Shown here one piece after another: positions 36,464 through 49,074 of a stretch of DNA of 64,000 nt. This DNA comes from Cenococcum geophilum (Eukaryota): contig CP158636.1 in NCBI GenBank assembly GCA_050273025.1, forward strand, positions 8,742,001 through 8,806,000. The letters are read 5' to 3'. The notes under the pieces are model-generated. The model did not search any database, was not told where the DNA came from, and saw only the letters and a program-made list of their open reading frames with translations. Position numbers and translations under genes: made by a program. Each line of letters starts with the position of its first letter. Positions within the stretch are counted from its first letter, which is position 1.

Positions 36464-38936
36464 TATAATAAAGCCTTATAGGAAATACTATTGTAGACTT
36501 ATTAATGGGCTAGGTATATAAGTATAGAATAGTTAATAACGTAAATATAATTAGTAGAGTAGGTTGCCTAATAGATTAACTCTAATTATATTCTAAGATT
36601 TGCTATAAAAAAGAAAACTATTTAAGTAGGGACTATGGTTCTTTAAATATATAATACTACGCCTAAGAAATATACTAAGTACATTAGTTCGTTAGTATGT
36701 TCATCGGGAAAATATTCGCAGGATGAGATTCAAGTAGACTTTGGTTTTCGCGTTTCGCGTAATTGACATGCAATTTAACTAACTCGACACGCAATTGACC
36801 AACTTAACACGCAGTTAACCTACTTAATATGCAATTTAACTAACTCGATATATAGTTAACTTACTTAACATGTAATTTAACTAACTTAATACGCAGTTAA
36901 CCTACTTAATATGCAATTTAACTAACTTAATACGCAGTTAACCTACTTAATATACTATTTAACAACTTTAAAAGCTAACTATATATCCTTTAACACGTAG
37001 TTAACCTACTTAAAAGTTAAATAATACGCAGTTAACCTACTTAACAACTTTAAAAGCTAACTGTATATTTCTTAACGTGCGATTAAGGTAAAGTTATATG
37101 CTATATATTTAACTATTATATATAATCTTATATAATCTTATACAATCTTATACAATCTTATAGTCTTATTACTTGGAGGCTCTGCACGAGGCTCTACACG
37201 AAGCTCTGCGTACAGAGGCTCTGCACAAAGCTCTGCGCATAGAGGCTCTACACGAAGCTCTACACGAAGCTCTGCGTACAGAGGCTCTGCACGAAGCTCT
37301 GTGCATAGAGGCTCTGCACAAAGCTCTGCACGAAGCTTCGCATAAGGCTCTACACGAGGCTCTACACAAAGCTCTGCGTACAGAGGCTCTGCACGAAGCT
37401 CTGCACGAAGCTCTGCACGAAGCTCTGCACGAAGCTCTGCACGAAGCTCTGCACGAAGCTCTGCACGAAGCTCTGCACGAAGCTCTACACGAAGCTCTAC
37501 GTACAGAGGCTCTGCACTAGACGACCGTCGCCAGAACTAGATAACCGTCGCTAAAACCACAACCGTCGCCAGAACTAAACAACCGTCGCCAGAACTAGAC
37601 AACCGTCGCTAGAACTACAACCGTCGCTAGAACCAGACGAACGTCGCCAGAACTAAATAACCGTCGCTAGAACCAGACGACCGTCGCCAGAACTAGCAGA
37701 TAACCGTTACTAGAACCAGACAACAACCGTTTAAATAACCAGCTAGCAAACACCATAAACAATTTAATCGATTAATTAAATTAATCCAGAGCCTATTACC
37801 GAATCAAATCAAATTAAGGCCTCCTAGGGAGGCACCCTAGATAACTACTATTTAAATGTATAGCTAGCGAACGGCTATAGAGAACAATTCGAATCAATCA
37901 GAGCCTTTAATCGGGCCGACCTCTCCCCTAAATTAAATTAGACACTATAGGCAGATATAAACAGGTAGGCAATATAAATAGGTAGACAATGCAGACAGGT
38001 AGACGATGTAGATAGGTAGGCGATGTAAACAGGTAGGCGATGTAAACAGGTAGGTAATGCAGACAGGTAGGTAATATAGATAGGTAGACGATGCAGACCA
38101 GTAGACGATGCAGATAGGTAGGCGATGTAGATAGGTAGACGATGTAGACAGGTAGGTGATATAGATAGGTAGGTGATGCAGATAGGTAGGTAATGTAGAT
38201 AGGTAGGTAATATAAATAGGTAGGTAATATAGACAGGTAGATGATGTAGATAGGTAGATAATATAAATAGGTAGGCGATGTAGATAGGTAGGTAATGCAG
38301 ATAGGTAGGTAATATAGATAGGTAGATAATATAGACAGGTAGACAATGTAGACAGGTAGGCGATATAGATAGGTAGGTAATGCAGACAGGTAGGTAATAT
38401 AGATAGGTAGGTAATGTAGATAGGTAGATAATATAGATAGGTAGTAGATATAGACATAATAGATTATATAAAGAAGTGTATATAATTTATCTTACTAGCT
38501 TTATAAACGGCTTTAAAGTAGCCTTTATTATCTAAAATTATAAGTTATATAGGTTGCGCAGGTTGCGTAGATTGCGTAGGTTACATAGGCTATGCGTAGG
38601 CTACGCGTAGGCTGCGTATTAAATGAACTCGATATAGGCTGGTTTGTCAAGTTGGTTAATACCCTTAATGGCCCGCCAACGACGCCAACTTCTAGCAGCT
38701 GAGGTCATTTACAAGGGACAATATTTTGCCGATATTAGTATATTCCATATTTCTATATTCCTATATTCCTATATTCTAGACTTATAGCATAACTAACTAT
38801 ATAACTTAGCTACTAAAGACTCGCTAGGGAGACGCCGGACGAACACATAGCTCCCTTATCGTTAGTATATATACACTAGGAATGCAAAAACTCCTTATCC
38901 AAAAAGGAATAATTATAAACGGCCTTATATACAATA
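36464..38936. mobile_element. Diverged solo LTR related to the 424-bp Gypsy LTR, split by an insertion at 36702-38734
   Basis: 36464-36670 aligns by eye to 49653-49850 (e.g. TAATAGATTAACTCTAATT, GTAGGGACTA). Weaker similarity resumes after 38745. The right end is approximate. Confidence 0.6.
36702..38734. mobile_element. Non-coding TIR element composed of tandem-repeat arrays
   Basis: Termini CATCGGGAAAATATT...AATATTTTGCCGATA. Flanking direct repeat TTAGTATGTT/TTAGTATATT at 36692-36701 and 38735-38744. Arrays at ~36765-37085, 37120-37165, 37175-37520, 37520-37725, 37945-38455 and 38550-38620. Confidence 0.7.
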
Positions 38937-39959
38937 TAAGGCTCTACAACTACAGACTACGCCTAGAACGATACTACCGCTACGCATAATAGGGACATAC
39001 CCAATCCATATGCGCAGTATAGGTGTGCTGCGGCCATTATCCCATGCGCCGTTAATAAAGGTGCTACGGTAAGTGAACTAACCAGATCGTCTGGATCAAG
39101 GCTTGCCTTGGCAAAATGAAGCTATAGATTTAATTAAGTAATTGCACGTCGATATTATGGTAATAAAGCTCCAAATTGATATATATTGACCCTGTCGTCG
39201 CCTAATACAATCCAGATGTTCTTTCTAGCAAGGTCGTCGCATGCAGAGCGGTATTTTGCAGAGAGATACTCTGGTAGAGACGCGTGTTGATATCAGACTT
39301 GCGGAGGATAGGGCCGGATAGGCCTCTCGGATAATAGACCTATCAGCTGATAGTATCCGGAGACTATCCGGATAGTCTCCGGATAGTCTTGGCAAAATCC
39401 CCTTAATATACTTATACTTATAATGCACCCCCTAATATTAAATAAATAAATTTTCTATTAATATAGATTTATAGAGCTTGCGAAGCGCTTTAAAATGGTA
39501 CCACTTTTATCTAAATATCTTAAGGATAAGTAATATTACGTAGATGTAAAGCTTATAAGAGCTCTGCGGAATAAGGCTTAAGGGGAGCCCCGCATGGAGC
39601 TCTACCAAAGCTTAGCAAAAGCTCTGCACGAAGCTCTGCGGAGGCTCTGCACGAAGCTCTGCGTACAGAGGCTCTGCACTAAGCTCTACGTACGGAGGCT
39701 CTGCGCGAAGCTCTGCGGAGGCTCCGTATAAAGCTCTGCGGAGGCTCCGCATAAAGCCCTGCGGAGGCTCCGCATAAAGCCCTACGGAGGCTCCGTATAA
39801 AGCTCTACACGAAGCTCTAGTAAATACCTTTAGCTTTCCTACTAATTAGATATCTCCTTTCTACCTTTTTATTTATACTTCTCTTTATATAAAATACTAT
39901 AAAATAAAATAAAAATAGGAAAAAAGAAAGAAGATCTAGCAGTTTTTAGTAACTTTTAT

Positions 39960-40496
39960 TTATTCCTCGTTATCCTCTAGTTCTATAATCTGATCCTTAC
40001 CCTCTAGTACTCCTGCTGCCGCCGCTATAGGCTGAGAATTTTTATTATACGACGAACATTAACCTCTATAATCCCGCTACTTGCAATTTCTATAGCACCT
40101 ACTATAGAACCCTAGGAGGCTCTGATATTTAGTAAAGGGGTAAGGGCCCACTAAATGACGTAAAGTCGCTGTATAAGCCTCGCAAGGCTAGTATTAATTA
40201 GCTCTCTACCTTATATAAGTAATATAGGTTACTTATAATTATATTTAAAGACCCACGGCTCTAAATTAGAATTGCATTTATATATGAGGGCCTCCCTATC
40301 TAAACTTGCTTCTTTAATATACCCCCTACCTAAGCCTCCACATTAATTGCCGGTAAAGCTTCTACCCTCTCCTACTTATTCTAAGAGTAGTTAGTTATAT
40401 AGGTATATTATATAGAGAGGAGAGTTTACTTATATTATGGCAATATTGCCAGAGAATCTCTTGTATAATAGGGCGGGAAGTATACTAGATAATTAT
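39960..40496 (-). pseudogene. DUF3716-like Cys-rich accessory gene carried inside the hAT element (probably 3 exons)
   Basis: GRPSYINAILI*SRG...PCEAY...GPYPFTKY QSLLGFYSRCYRNCK*RDYRG*CS, which de-RIPs to RPSYINAILIQSRG...CxxC...PFxxC...CCGNCKWRDHGGQC. Stop TAA at 39960-39962. The start (ATA from ATG) and the splice donors are RIP-mutated. Confidence 0.75.
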
Positions 40497-40729
40497 ATTT
40501 CCCGATTCTTAATAAAGGACAATATTGGTAGGATTTAAACTTATAATCTATTTAGTTTAAAGTTAGCATATATTTACCTACGCCACCTACGCGCCTTTAG
40601 TGGTTACCTTTTGCCTAAGATTATTCTATTTATATATCCTATACCCTTTAATACTTAGTGTTGTATAATATATGCCTTCCCTTATATAACTCTCTAGCTA
40701 CTATATAATAAAAAAACTATAAAAGAATA

Positions 40730-43700
40730 CTTAGAATCTTATAAGCTGCCTAGTCCTTTACGCACTTTAATACCTTAAGTATTTATAGAGTAGTTCTCGT
40801 ATAATCCCATGGAACGCGACGTTGAGAACCTAAAAATACTCTCTTTAGCTTATTACTTATTCTAGGTATTAAGAGAACTTTAATTGTAAGCTATAAGAGT
40901 TATGGAAATCTCGTACGCTAAAGAGGCTAATTCCACTATTAAATAGCTGTTATATGGCTATTAAGCGGAATTGGATTCTTATTAATATAGCTATTAAACT
41001 TATCTAGACTCTGTGGACGAGTATGCTTTAAATAATACTAAAGACGAGCCTTATAGAAGGCAGAGAGGTTTTCTTTAGACTCTAAAGGCGACTTTTAAGT
41101 TTTCTCAGTTGCGTACGATATAGTTGAACCTAAAAGTATTACTTTCTCGCAAAATCTCTTCTAGAGCTTTTGTACGCTAAAGAGCTTTTTTTCTCCTTTA
41201 ATGGTAATATAATTATTCCGATTTTTTAAGAAAGCCATATAATACTCTAGGTTAAAAACCCATGCCGCTAGATAGTAGGGAGAATTATCTAGCTTCTTAA
41301 TGTACTTTATAAGCTTTTTCTTAGTATATTAGAGTTAGGGAGCTATAAACTTGTCCTTAGCCTTAGTAGCTATTACCTAGTAGAAAAGAATTAGCTAAAG
41401 AAATATTAAGAGTATTGTATAATATACTAATACAGTCTATATTATATCCTTAAGAATATTAACTAATTCTAGAACCCTCTTTAGTGTTATATAATCTCCT
41501 TAAAGAAATAGAGTTGCTTTGTGAAAAGACTAAAGGAAATCACAGATCGTATAAAGATGTATCTATTCGCTTATTAAGAGAATATTATCTTCTAAGAAAT
41601 CGTCCTTATAGTACTTTACGTAGAGCTAAAGCCTAGCCTTTACCTTATCCTCTAGAGCTATATATAATATAAGAAACCAGCTATTCCACCTTATATAATT
41701 ATTAAGAGGAATTATTTTATTAGCACGTTTAATAAACTATATTATATAGTTAGCTAAGCTGCGGATATAAACGATATAGTTATAAAGCTTTCCTATTAGC
41801 CCCATAATATTTTAAATATTTTTACCTTTTCTATAATTTTCGTCTAATACTAGCTCTAATTCTTTATCCTTCTTTTTCCTCTTATCTTTTATTTTAACTA
41901 GTAGCGGTGCTTATTATATAACTTCTTCTTCTTCCTTATTCTGTTCCTTATTCTCTTTATTATATAAGTTTATAAGCCGCTTATTCTTCTTTAAACCGAA
42001 TAGAAAGGCCTAAATAATAAGATTAATAACATGCCCCTAATAACGAATTCTTTAATATATTGTAATCTAGTTAATTTTATACTTAAGGCTAAGCCATTAG
42101 CAAATCATATAATAGAGGACATTATTTAATCCAGTATTATCGCCGACAAGAGCTCCAATCTTTATTTTAATACTATACTTAATAAAAACCGGATGAAGCG
42201 CCTTCTATTAATCTATACCACTCTAGCTAGATACCGTATAAAGGGCAATTAAGGTGTTCTGATATTTATTCTAGATATTAATAAAGCTAGCACAGATTCT
42301 AAGAAGAAGGGTATAACTTAAAGAGGTCTAGATATCTACAGCAAGGTAAATATTTGTCTTTGTAGATTAAAGTACTTTTTATATAGTATCTTAACTTTTA
42401 GTAAAGTGTTTAAGAATCTAGGCTGTAATTATTAAGTGGTATATAGGGATAATTAAGGGTGCTTTTTAATTTAATGCCTTTACAAAAGCATAAAACTCTA
42501 GCCATTCCATATATAAGAAGGGAAGCCGTTATACAATAATTAGATCTAGAAGTGCTTGCTTTACGGTATTTTAATATACTGTACGCTTTAAAACCTTGCC
42601 CTTAAGACCTTAAACTTCTTTTTTTGCTAGAAGCTTTTAATATAGTTCTAAAAGTGTATGATTACAGCACGTGGTACACCAAACGCGTGGTTACGCGTTT
42701 GGTGCACCAACCACTTAGGTGCTGACTAATTAGGGGGAGGCGCGTCAGTATATAGACCACGTAGTCTACCTTAATAGAATCGACAGTCACTACTATCCCA
42801 AAGAGCATACGATACTATACGTATTTCGTGCCCCGGGATATAACTCACTTATATCATTAAGTTGATATAAATACTAATTAGTAAGCGCGCACAGATCAGC
42901 AATTACTTAACACCTCCCCCCAAGCGATACATAACAGCGACCACCCATTTAGACTCCTAGTACGACCTGCTGGAAGGTTGGAAGCCGGGGATTACAGAAC
43001 TATCACCAACTCTGTATACTTATTTAAGTCTTAGTACGGTTTACTAGAAGTTTATAGACGCGAATATAGACCCTTACAGAACCCCCTATCCTTAACCCCT
43101 TGAACCTTAAACCCCTCCGGACCTTTTACGGAAACCCCCTACCCCCCTATAAACCATTACGGACCTATTAATCGCCGTTACGGACCATTATAAGACCTCT
43201 TGAACTATTACGGACCCTTTAATTAATTTTACGGACCGTTATAAGACCTCCCCTACCCGTTACAAGCTACTACTACCCGCTACGTACTATACTATACAGT
43301 ATGGCAGACACAAGCAAGCAGATTAATAAAGGTTGAGAGAAATAGAGATAAGGAGTCGACCTTACGTCTATAGCTGACGTTAATAACTATATTAAGTACA
43401 AAATCCTTAAATACGGATATTTTAAGCTTATAAATAACGACCTGTAGGAGTAATATAAAGAAGACTTTACGGACTTTACGGAAGATATTCTTAAGACTTG
43501 TAACCCTACTACTATCTATAACCTACAAACCCTTTTACGTTACTAAGGTATATAGGTTAAAAAGGATAAATAAGTTACTGTTATACGGTCCTTATATAAT
43601 ATAATATAGGAGGAGGACCAAACGGAATAGACTAAAGAGGAAATTCTAGACTAGGTTAAAGTCACTAATAAACTCTTTGCTTCTCCTAAACTTAATGGTA

Positions 43701-46700
43701 TTACTAGCCTTATACCTAACCTACTTAACCAAATTCGTCTTATAAACCTAAGCGATTTTAGAATTAATTTTATGGGCTAAAGCACACCTAGTACTTAAGT
43801 TATGGACCGTAATACCCCCATAACCTAAATTACGGACTATAATACCCCTATAAACCAAAATATGGACTAAAACCCTCCTATTACCTAAGTTACAGATCTA
43901 TAGACCGCCCAAGTTACAGATCCGCAACCCACTTAAGTAAAGACCTACGGCAAGGAACTAGCTAACTTGGCTAAGCTCTATACTAACGAATCTAAGTATA
44001 GCGGTGAAAACGATAACTTTAACTTCAAACTTACTATCTTTATAGACCTCTATTAGAAGGCTGATATTCCTAAATAGGAATTCAGCCAAGCCTATTCCAC
44101 TATGCTGCGCGGCCTAGCCCTTAACTACTACTACACTAACCTTAAGAGCAACCCCCTTAGTGTCTCCTTTAATAAGCTATGCAAAGCTATATATAACTAC
44201 TTTAAAGGACTAGAATATAGGCGTAATATCCTTACCTAATGGAATGCGATCAAGTTACGGACCGTAATTAATAAGAATACCGAAAAGTCAACTATAGAGT
44301 GCCTGCAAATTCTTATTAAAGACCTCCGGCACCTATAGTACGGCCTTAACATTAAGCTTTAAACGGACGACTTCCTATACAACAAGCTTATTACAGCTTG
44401 CCAGGAAGTAAAACCTTATAAATACGCCTACTATAAGCCCGCAGACACCGTAGCTGGTCTTATTAACAATTTACGGTCCTCCATTATAACGTACAAAGTC
44501 TTAAACCCGCCAGATAGTACCCAAGCCTTTATTACGGACCTGTAAAACCCATAAACTAACTTAGACGCCTACTTTACGGACCGCCGCTACCGCTAGCAGT
44601 ACCCGCATCGACCAGGTCCTACCCGTAACCCCTATAGCAACTCCTATACGAAAGCATACCCCCGCAGACAAACTAGCCAAAAGTGCTTTATATGCGGCAA
44701 GGAAGGATATTAGTCTACAAGGTATACCTAGGAAGAACGTACCAAGTTTAGGAAGAGACTTAATAACCGTATTAACTAGTTCATTTTGGAATACGAAGGA
44801 GAGGAAGCGGAAAAGCCTCCTGATAAGTTAATAGAAGCCCTTATAATTAACTTTAACTCAGATACTTAGGAATAGGAGACCTTAGAGACGTTCCTAACTA
44901 CTTTTGGACCTTTTACGGACAGCTAAGCCTTTAATATTACGACCGTATTAGCTAACCACTCCTTTATACACTTAATTGCACCTGAAAACTAGCCCATAAA
45001 TACACCCGTTGGACCCGTTATGGACGTCACAGACCGCGAATAGGACCCATTTACATATATTACCACTAAACGCTACACCCCCAAAGAATTTTACGGCGTT
45101 ATAATTAATATAGGTGCCTCTAAGAAATCTACTGTAGGTTACGGACAATACCTTGTATATAAGACCACCATAAATGACAATACGGATATTAATACTATGC
45201 AAACTGGGGCCGTAAACGTCTAATTTGGCATCGGCTTAACCACATTAATTAGATTAGTGGCAGTTAAGACCCTAATTAGCCTAGTTAACTTCCACGTAGT
45301 AAAAGCGGACACCTATTTTCTACTCTGTTTTACGGACATGGATAGGTTATAAGTTTACTACAATAATGTTATGGATACCGTAATTGGCCCCGTAACTGCC
45401 CTAGGAAGTAAGCATATTACCCTGCCAATTATACAACGATTTGGACACCCGTTCCTTATATAGGGAGAGACTTTACGGACCTATATTTAGGAATCTTTTA
45501 ACTATAACCTATGCTACCTTACTAGTACTAAAATCCACCGACTATACCGCCGCTTTAGCTACCTATTAGCCGAAAAGCTATATAGAGTCCTTAAACGCTC
45601 TAGACACAACAACGTTAATAGGAAGGCAATCGACCACCTAACCAAATACTGCTCTTTTTGCCAGAAATACGGACGTTCCCTAAGCAGATTTAAGTTCACC
45701 CTTTATAAGGACCTTAACTTTAACCACTTAGTATATATGGACATTATATACATTAACGGCAGTCTAGTATTACATATAATTAACGAGGCAACCCGCTATT
45801 AAGCCGCCCGTTAGTTGTAAAATATATCCACAAAATATACTTAGGACATTTTACGGACCTGCTGGATTAATATATACCTTAGACCTCCTAAGTATATTAC
45901 CCACAACGCTAGTAGGAACTTTATCAGTAAGGAATTCCAATAGTATACTACGGTCATGGCTATTTTAATAAAAGCCGTTCTAGTTAAGGCGCACTAGTCT
46001 ATTAGGCTTATTAAGCGAGCTTACCTAGCCCTACGGAGAGCTTACTAGATTATTACGGACGAGTATAAGGACATCTAAAAGGAATTGGCTTTACAGATGG
46101 CCGTAAAAGCCGTCAACAACACCGCTGGCCCTAACAGACTAGTACCCACCCTTTTGGTTTACGGAGCCTACCCAAGGATAAGCAACCTAGGCCCTGCTAC
46201 CCCATCTATTACGGAACAAGCAGCTGCAATACGGAAGGCAATAGCCGAAATAGTCAAATTACGGGCCAAACAAGCCATTAATAGCGCTCTACATTACCGT
46301 AACGGACCTAATATAACTTTAGTTTATGACCTCCCGCTTAATTCTAAAGTCCTTGTATGGCGTAAAAGCGGCAATTGGACTGGACCTTACCGTTTACTAG
46401 CTACAGAAGACGAAACGTGTTGTATATAACTCCCTAGCGGACCAACCAACTTCAGAAGCACGTCCATAAAACCCTATTTTCGGTCCGAAAATACCTATGC
46501 CGTTAAACTAGATAAACTAGAAGTACCCGCCGAACCAGACGAACTAGAAATACCCCTACCTACTTTAGAAGTCCCCCGCAAACCTACTAAACCTGCTGTA
46601 AAGCGTAGCCAAGGATGCCCCCGAAAGCACCCTATAACGGAGAACCCCGTAACGGAGAACCACCTAACCTCTATAGGCACATCCGCAAAGCAATCTCCGC

Positions 46701-49074
46701 CTACGGATATATCAGTTCTGGTACAGGAAACCCCTTTTATAGACTCACGACGCAAAGAGATCAACGGACTACTTAAGAAGGGCGTCTTTGCGGTTATAAC
46801 AGAGAAAGACGTTCCGCAAGGCGTCCGTATATTTAACTTACGCTTTGTTAATAAGATTAAGCACCCTAGTACTGATAAAGCCTTTGAGAAGTTAAGGCTT
46901 GTTATATAAGCCTATAACGACTAGGGAAAGGGCTTAGTCCTTACGCAATCGCCCATAATTTAACAAGTCAGTTAATGGATTATACTTATACTTACGCCTA
47001 GACTACAGCAAACTAAGCCCGTAGCCCTTTACTTACGGGATATCTTATAAACCTACGTATAATCTAATACCTACTTAAGTAGGGACATCTTTATACGACT
47101 ACCCCTTAAGCTTAACTTGCAACTAGGAACAATTTTATAGGTTATAAAACCCCTTTATGGAGTGCCAGAAGCTAGAAACCACTGGTTTAAGACGTACCAC
47201 TAGCATTACGTCCGTAAACTTAAAATGGAATAGTTAACCTATAACCCCTGCCTTCTATATACACTATCAAACGGCCTTAGTATTGTTGGACTCTAAATAG
47301 ATAATACCCTCTTTATAGCGGACCGGACTTTTATAGATGCCGAAGAGAATAAATTATAAAAGGCCAAGTTCCTAGTAAAGCCGCGAGAGCAGTTAACTAA
47401 GTAGACCCTAGTTAAGTTTAATGGAGGCTTAATTATATAAAAGGGCAACCTAATCTAGTTAACTTAGGAACGCCAAACTTAAAACCTAAGGCTTATTATA
47501 GCAAAGCCTACGGACCTTACCAGTTCCCGCGGAGAGACCCGTAAAACCGTAAATATAAAGGACTAATACGTTATATAGCGTGTAAGAGGCGCCTATATTG
47601 CTATAGTCTGTCAACCCAAATCTACCTACGACTTATCCTTTGCGGCCTAGGTAATAGATCCGTAAGAGGAAGATATTAAGTAGCTAAATAAGCGTATTTA
47701 GTGGCAAATTAACAATGTAACAAGAGGACTTACTTTTATACCACTAGACCTGAATTCCCTTAGCGTAATGGTATTTATAGACGCCTCTTTTGCCAATAAT
47801 AGGGACCTATTATCGCAAATCGGCTTCGTAATTATACTTACGGACCGTAATTAGGACGTAAATATACTATATTAGTCTTTAATTAAATGCAAACAAGTAA
47901 CCCGCAGCGTACTAGCTTCTAAACTATATACACTAGCCTATGGCTTTAATATAGCAGCCGCAATCAAATTAACAATCTAGAAGATCCTATAATTGGAGCA
48001 GCTACCCCTAGTTTTATACACTAATTCAAAGTCCCTCTACGACTGCCTAGTCAAACTAGGTACGACATAGGAGAAGAGGCTTATGGTCAACCTAATGTGC
48101 TTACATCAGGCCTACGAACGACGTGAGATTACGAAGGTCAAATAGATTAGCACCGAAGACAACCCAGTAGACGCTATAACTAAGGTAAAGCCGTGCCAAG
48201 CTCTTAAAACCCTAATTAACACAAATAAGCTTAACCTAAGGGTTATAGAATGGGTGGAACGAGACTAACGGAGCACTTACGGTTTATTTACGGCCCGTTA
48301 GAAGGCCGTACGGTCTACTTTACGGACCGTAAGTAGGACTTATAACCAGCTTAGAGCACCGTTTAGAAGGCAGCCCAGAAGGCACCTTAGGAGGGATTTC
48401 CTATATATTTCTTTTGTATTTTACGGCTCCATTAAAGCGATTACGGAGGTTAGATACAATTAAGTCATTTCCAAGTACCGCCAGTATATGATTACAGCAC
48501 GTGGTACACCAAACGCGTGGTTACGCGTTTGGTGCACCAACCACTTAGGTACTAACTAATTAGGGGGAGGCGCGTCAGTATATAGACTACGTAGTCTACC
48601 TCAATAGAATCGACAGTCACCACTATCCCAAAGAGCATACGATACTATACGTATTTCGTGCCCCGGGATATGACTCACTTATATCATTAAGTTAATACAA
48701 ATAAAAAGAGTTCTCTCCCTCTAATTTTTTACTATCGTACGCTCCTAATTCTCTGCTAGACTCTATTTAATATTATATTTTCTAAAATGGCCTTATAATC
48801 TAACGGTTAAGAAATAGTGTCCTTTTAGGTCTTAAGGAGGACAGTATTTATAAAAGTAGCGTTTCTTTATATAAGATTTTTCTTTTTTTATTACCGTATG
48901 AGTATATTTATAAATTAAGGAGACTTGTCTTAAGGTCTATGTCGTATAAGTAGTTAGGATTAAACCGGTATTAGCTTTGGTCTTAACGCCATTTAAAAGA
49001 GCAGAAAGTGTATTAACTTTAAAGGAATTATTATTATTAAAGTTTTTAGAGTAAATTTCACTAGTACTAGCCAT
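40730..49074 (-). pseudogene. hAT transposase, RIP-degraded and interrupted by Copia (parts 49074-48709 and 42649-~40730)
   Basis: LAVDI*TS (first catalytic D), GALVGDN, RIRY*GHVINL (CxxH), IRWNSW, and dimerisation domain RFP*L..L..KVLLIPRISNKLKRVF (de-RIPed SIPGMSDEPERVFS). Confidence 0.9.
42655..48703 (+). mobile_element. Ty1/Copia LTR retrotransposon, RIP-inactivated
   Basis: 219-bp LTRs at 42655-42873 and 48485-48703; 5-bp TSD AAAAG. Order is gag (~43301), integrase (HRRFxH, MAVKAVNNTAGPNRLVPTLLVYGAYP), RT (KPLYGVPEA, GL*IDNTLF), RNase H (FIDASFANN). Confidence 0.93.

Noticed and set aside
37173..37520. 'EALHEALH' repeat ORFs (also 8127-8447) and the YLPIYI ORF at 37945-38457
   Set aside because: These are translations of minisatellites inside non-coding TEs, with no evidence that they are proteins.
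36765..38455. Regularly spaced repeats resembling a CRISPR array
   Set aside because: They are tandem units without unique spacers, in a eukaryotic genome with no cas genes.
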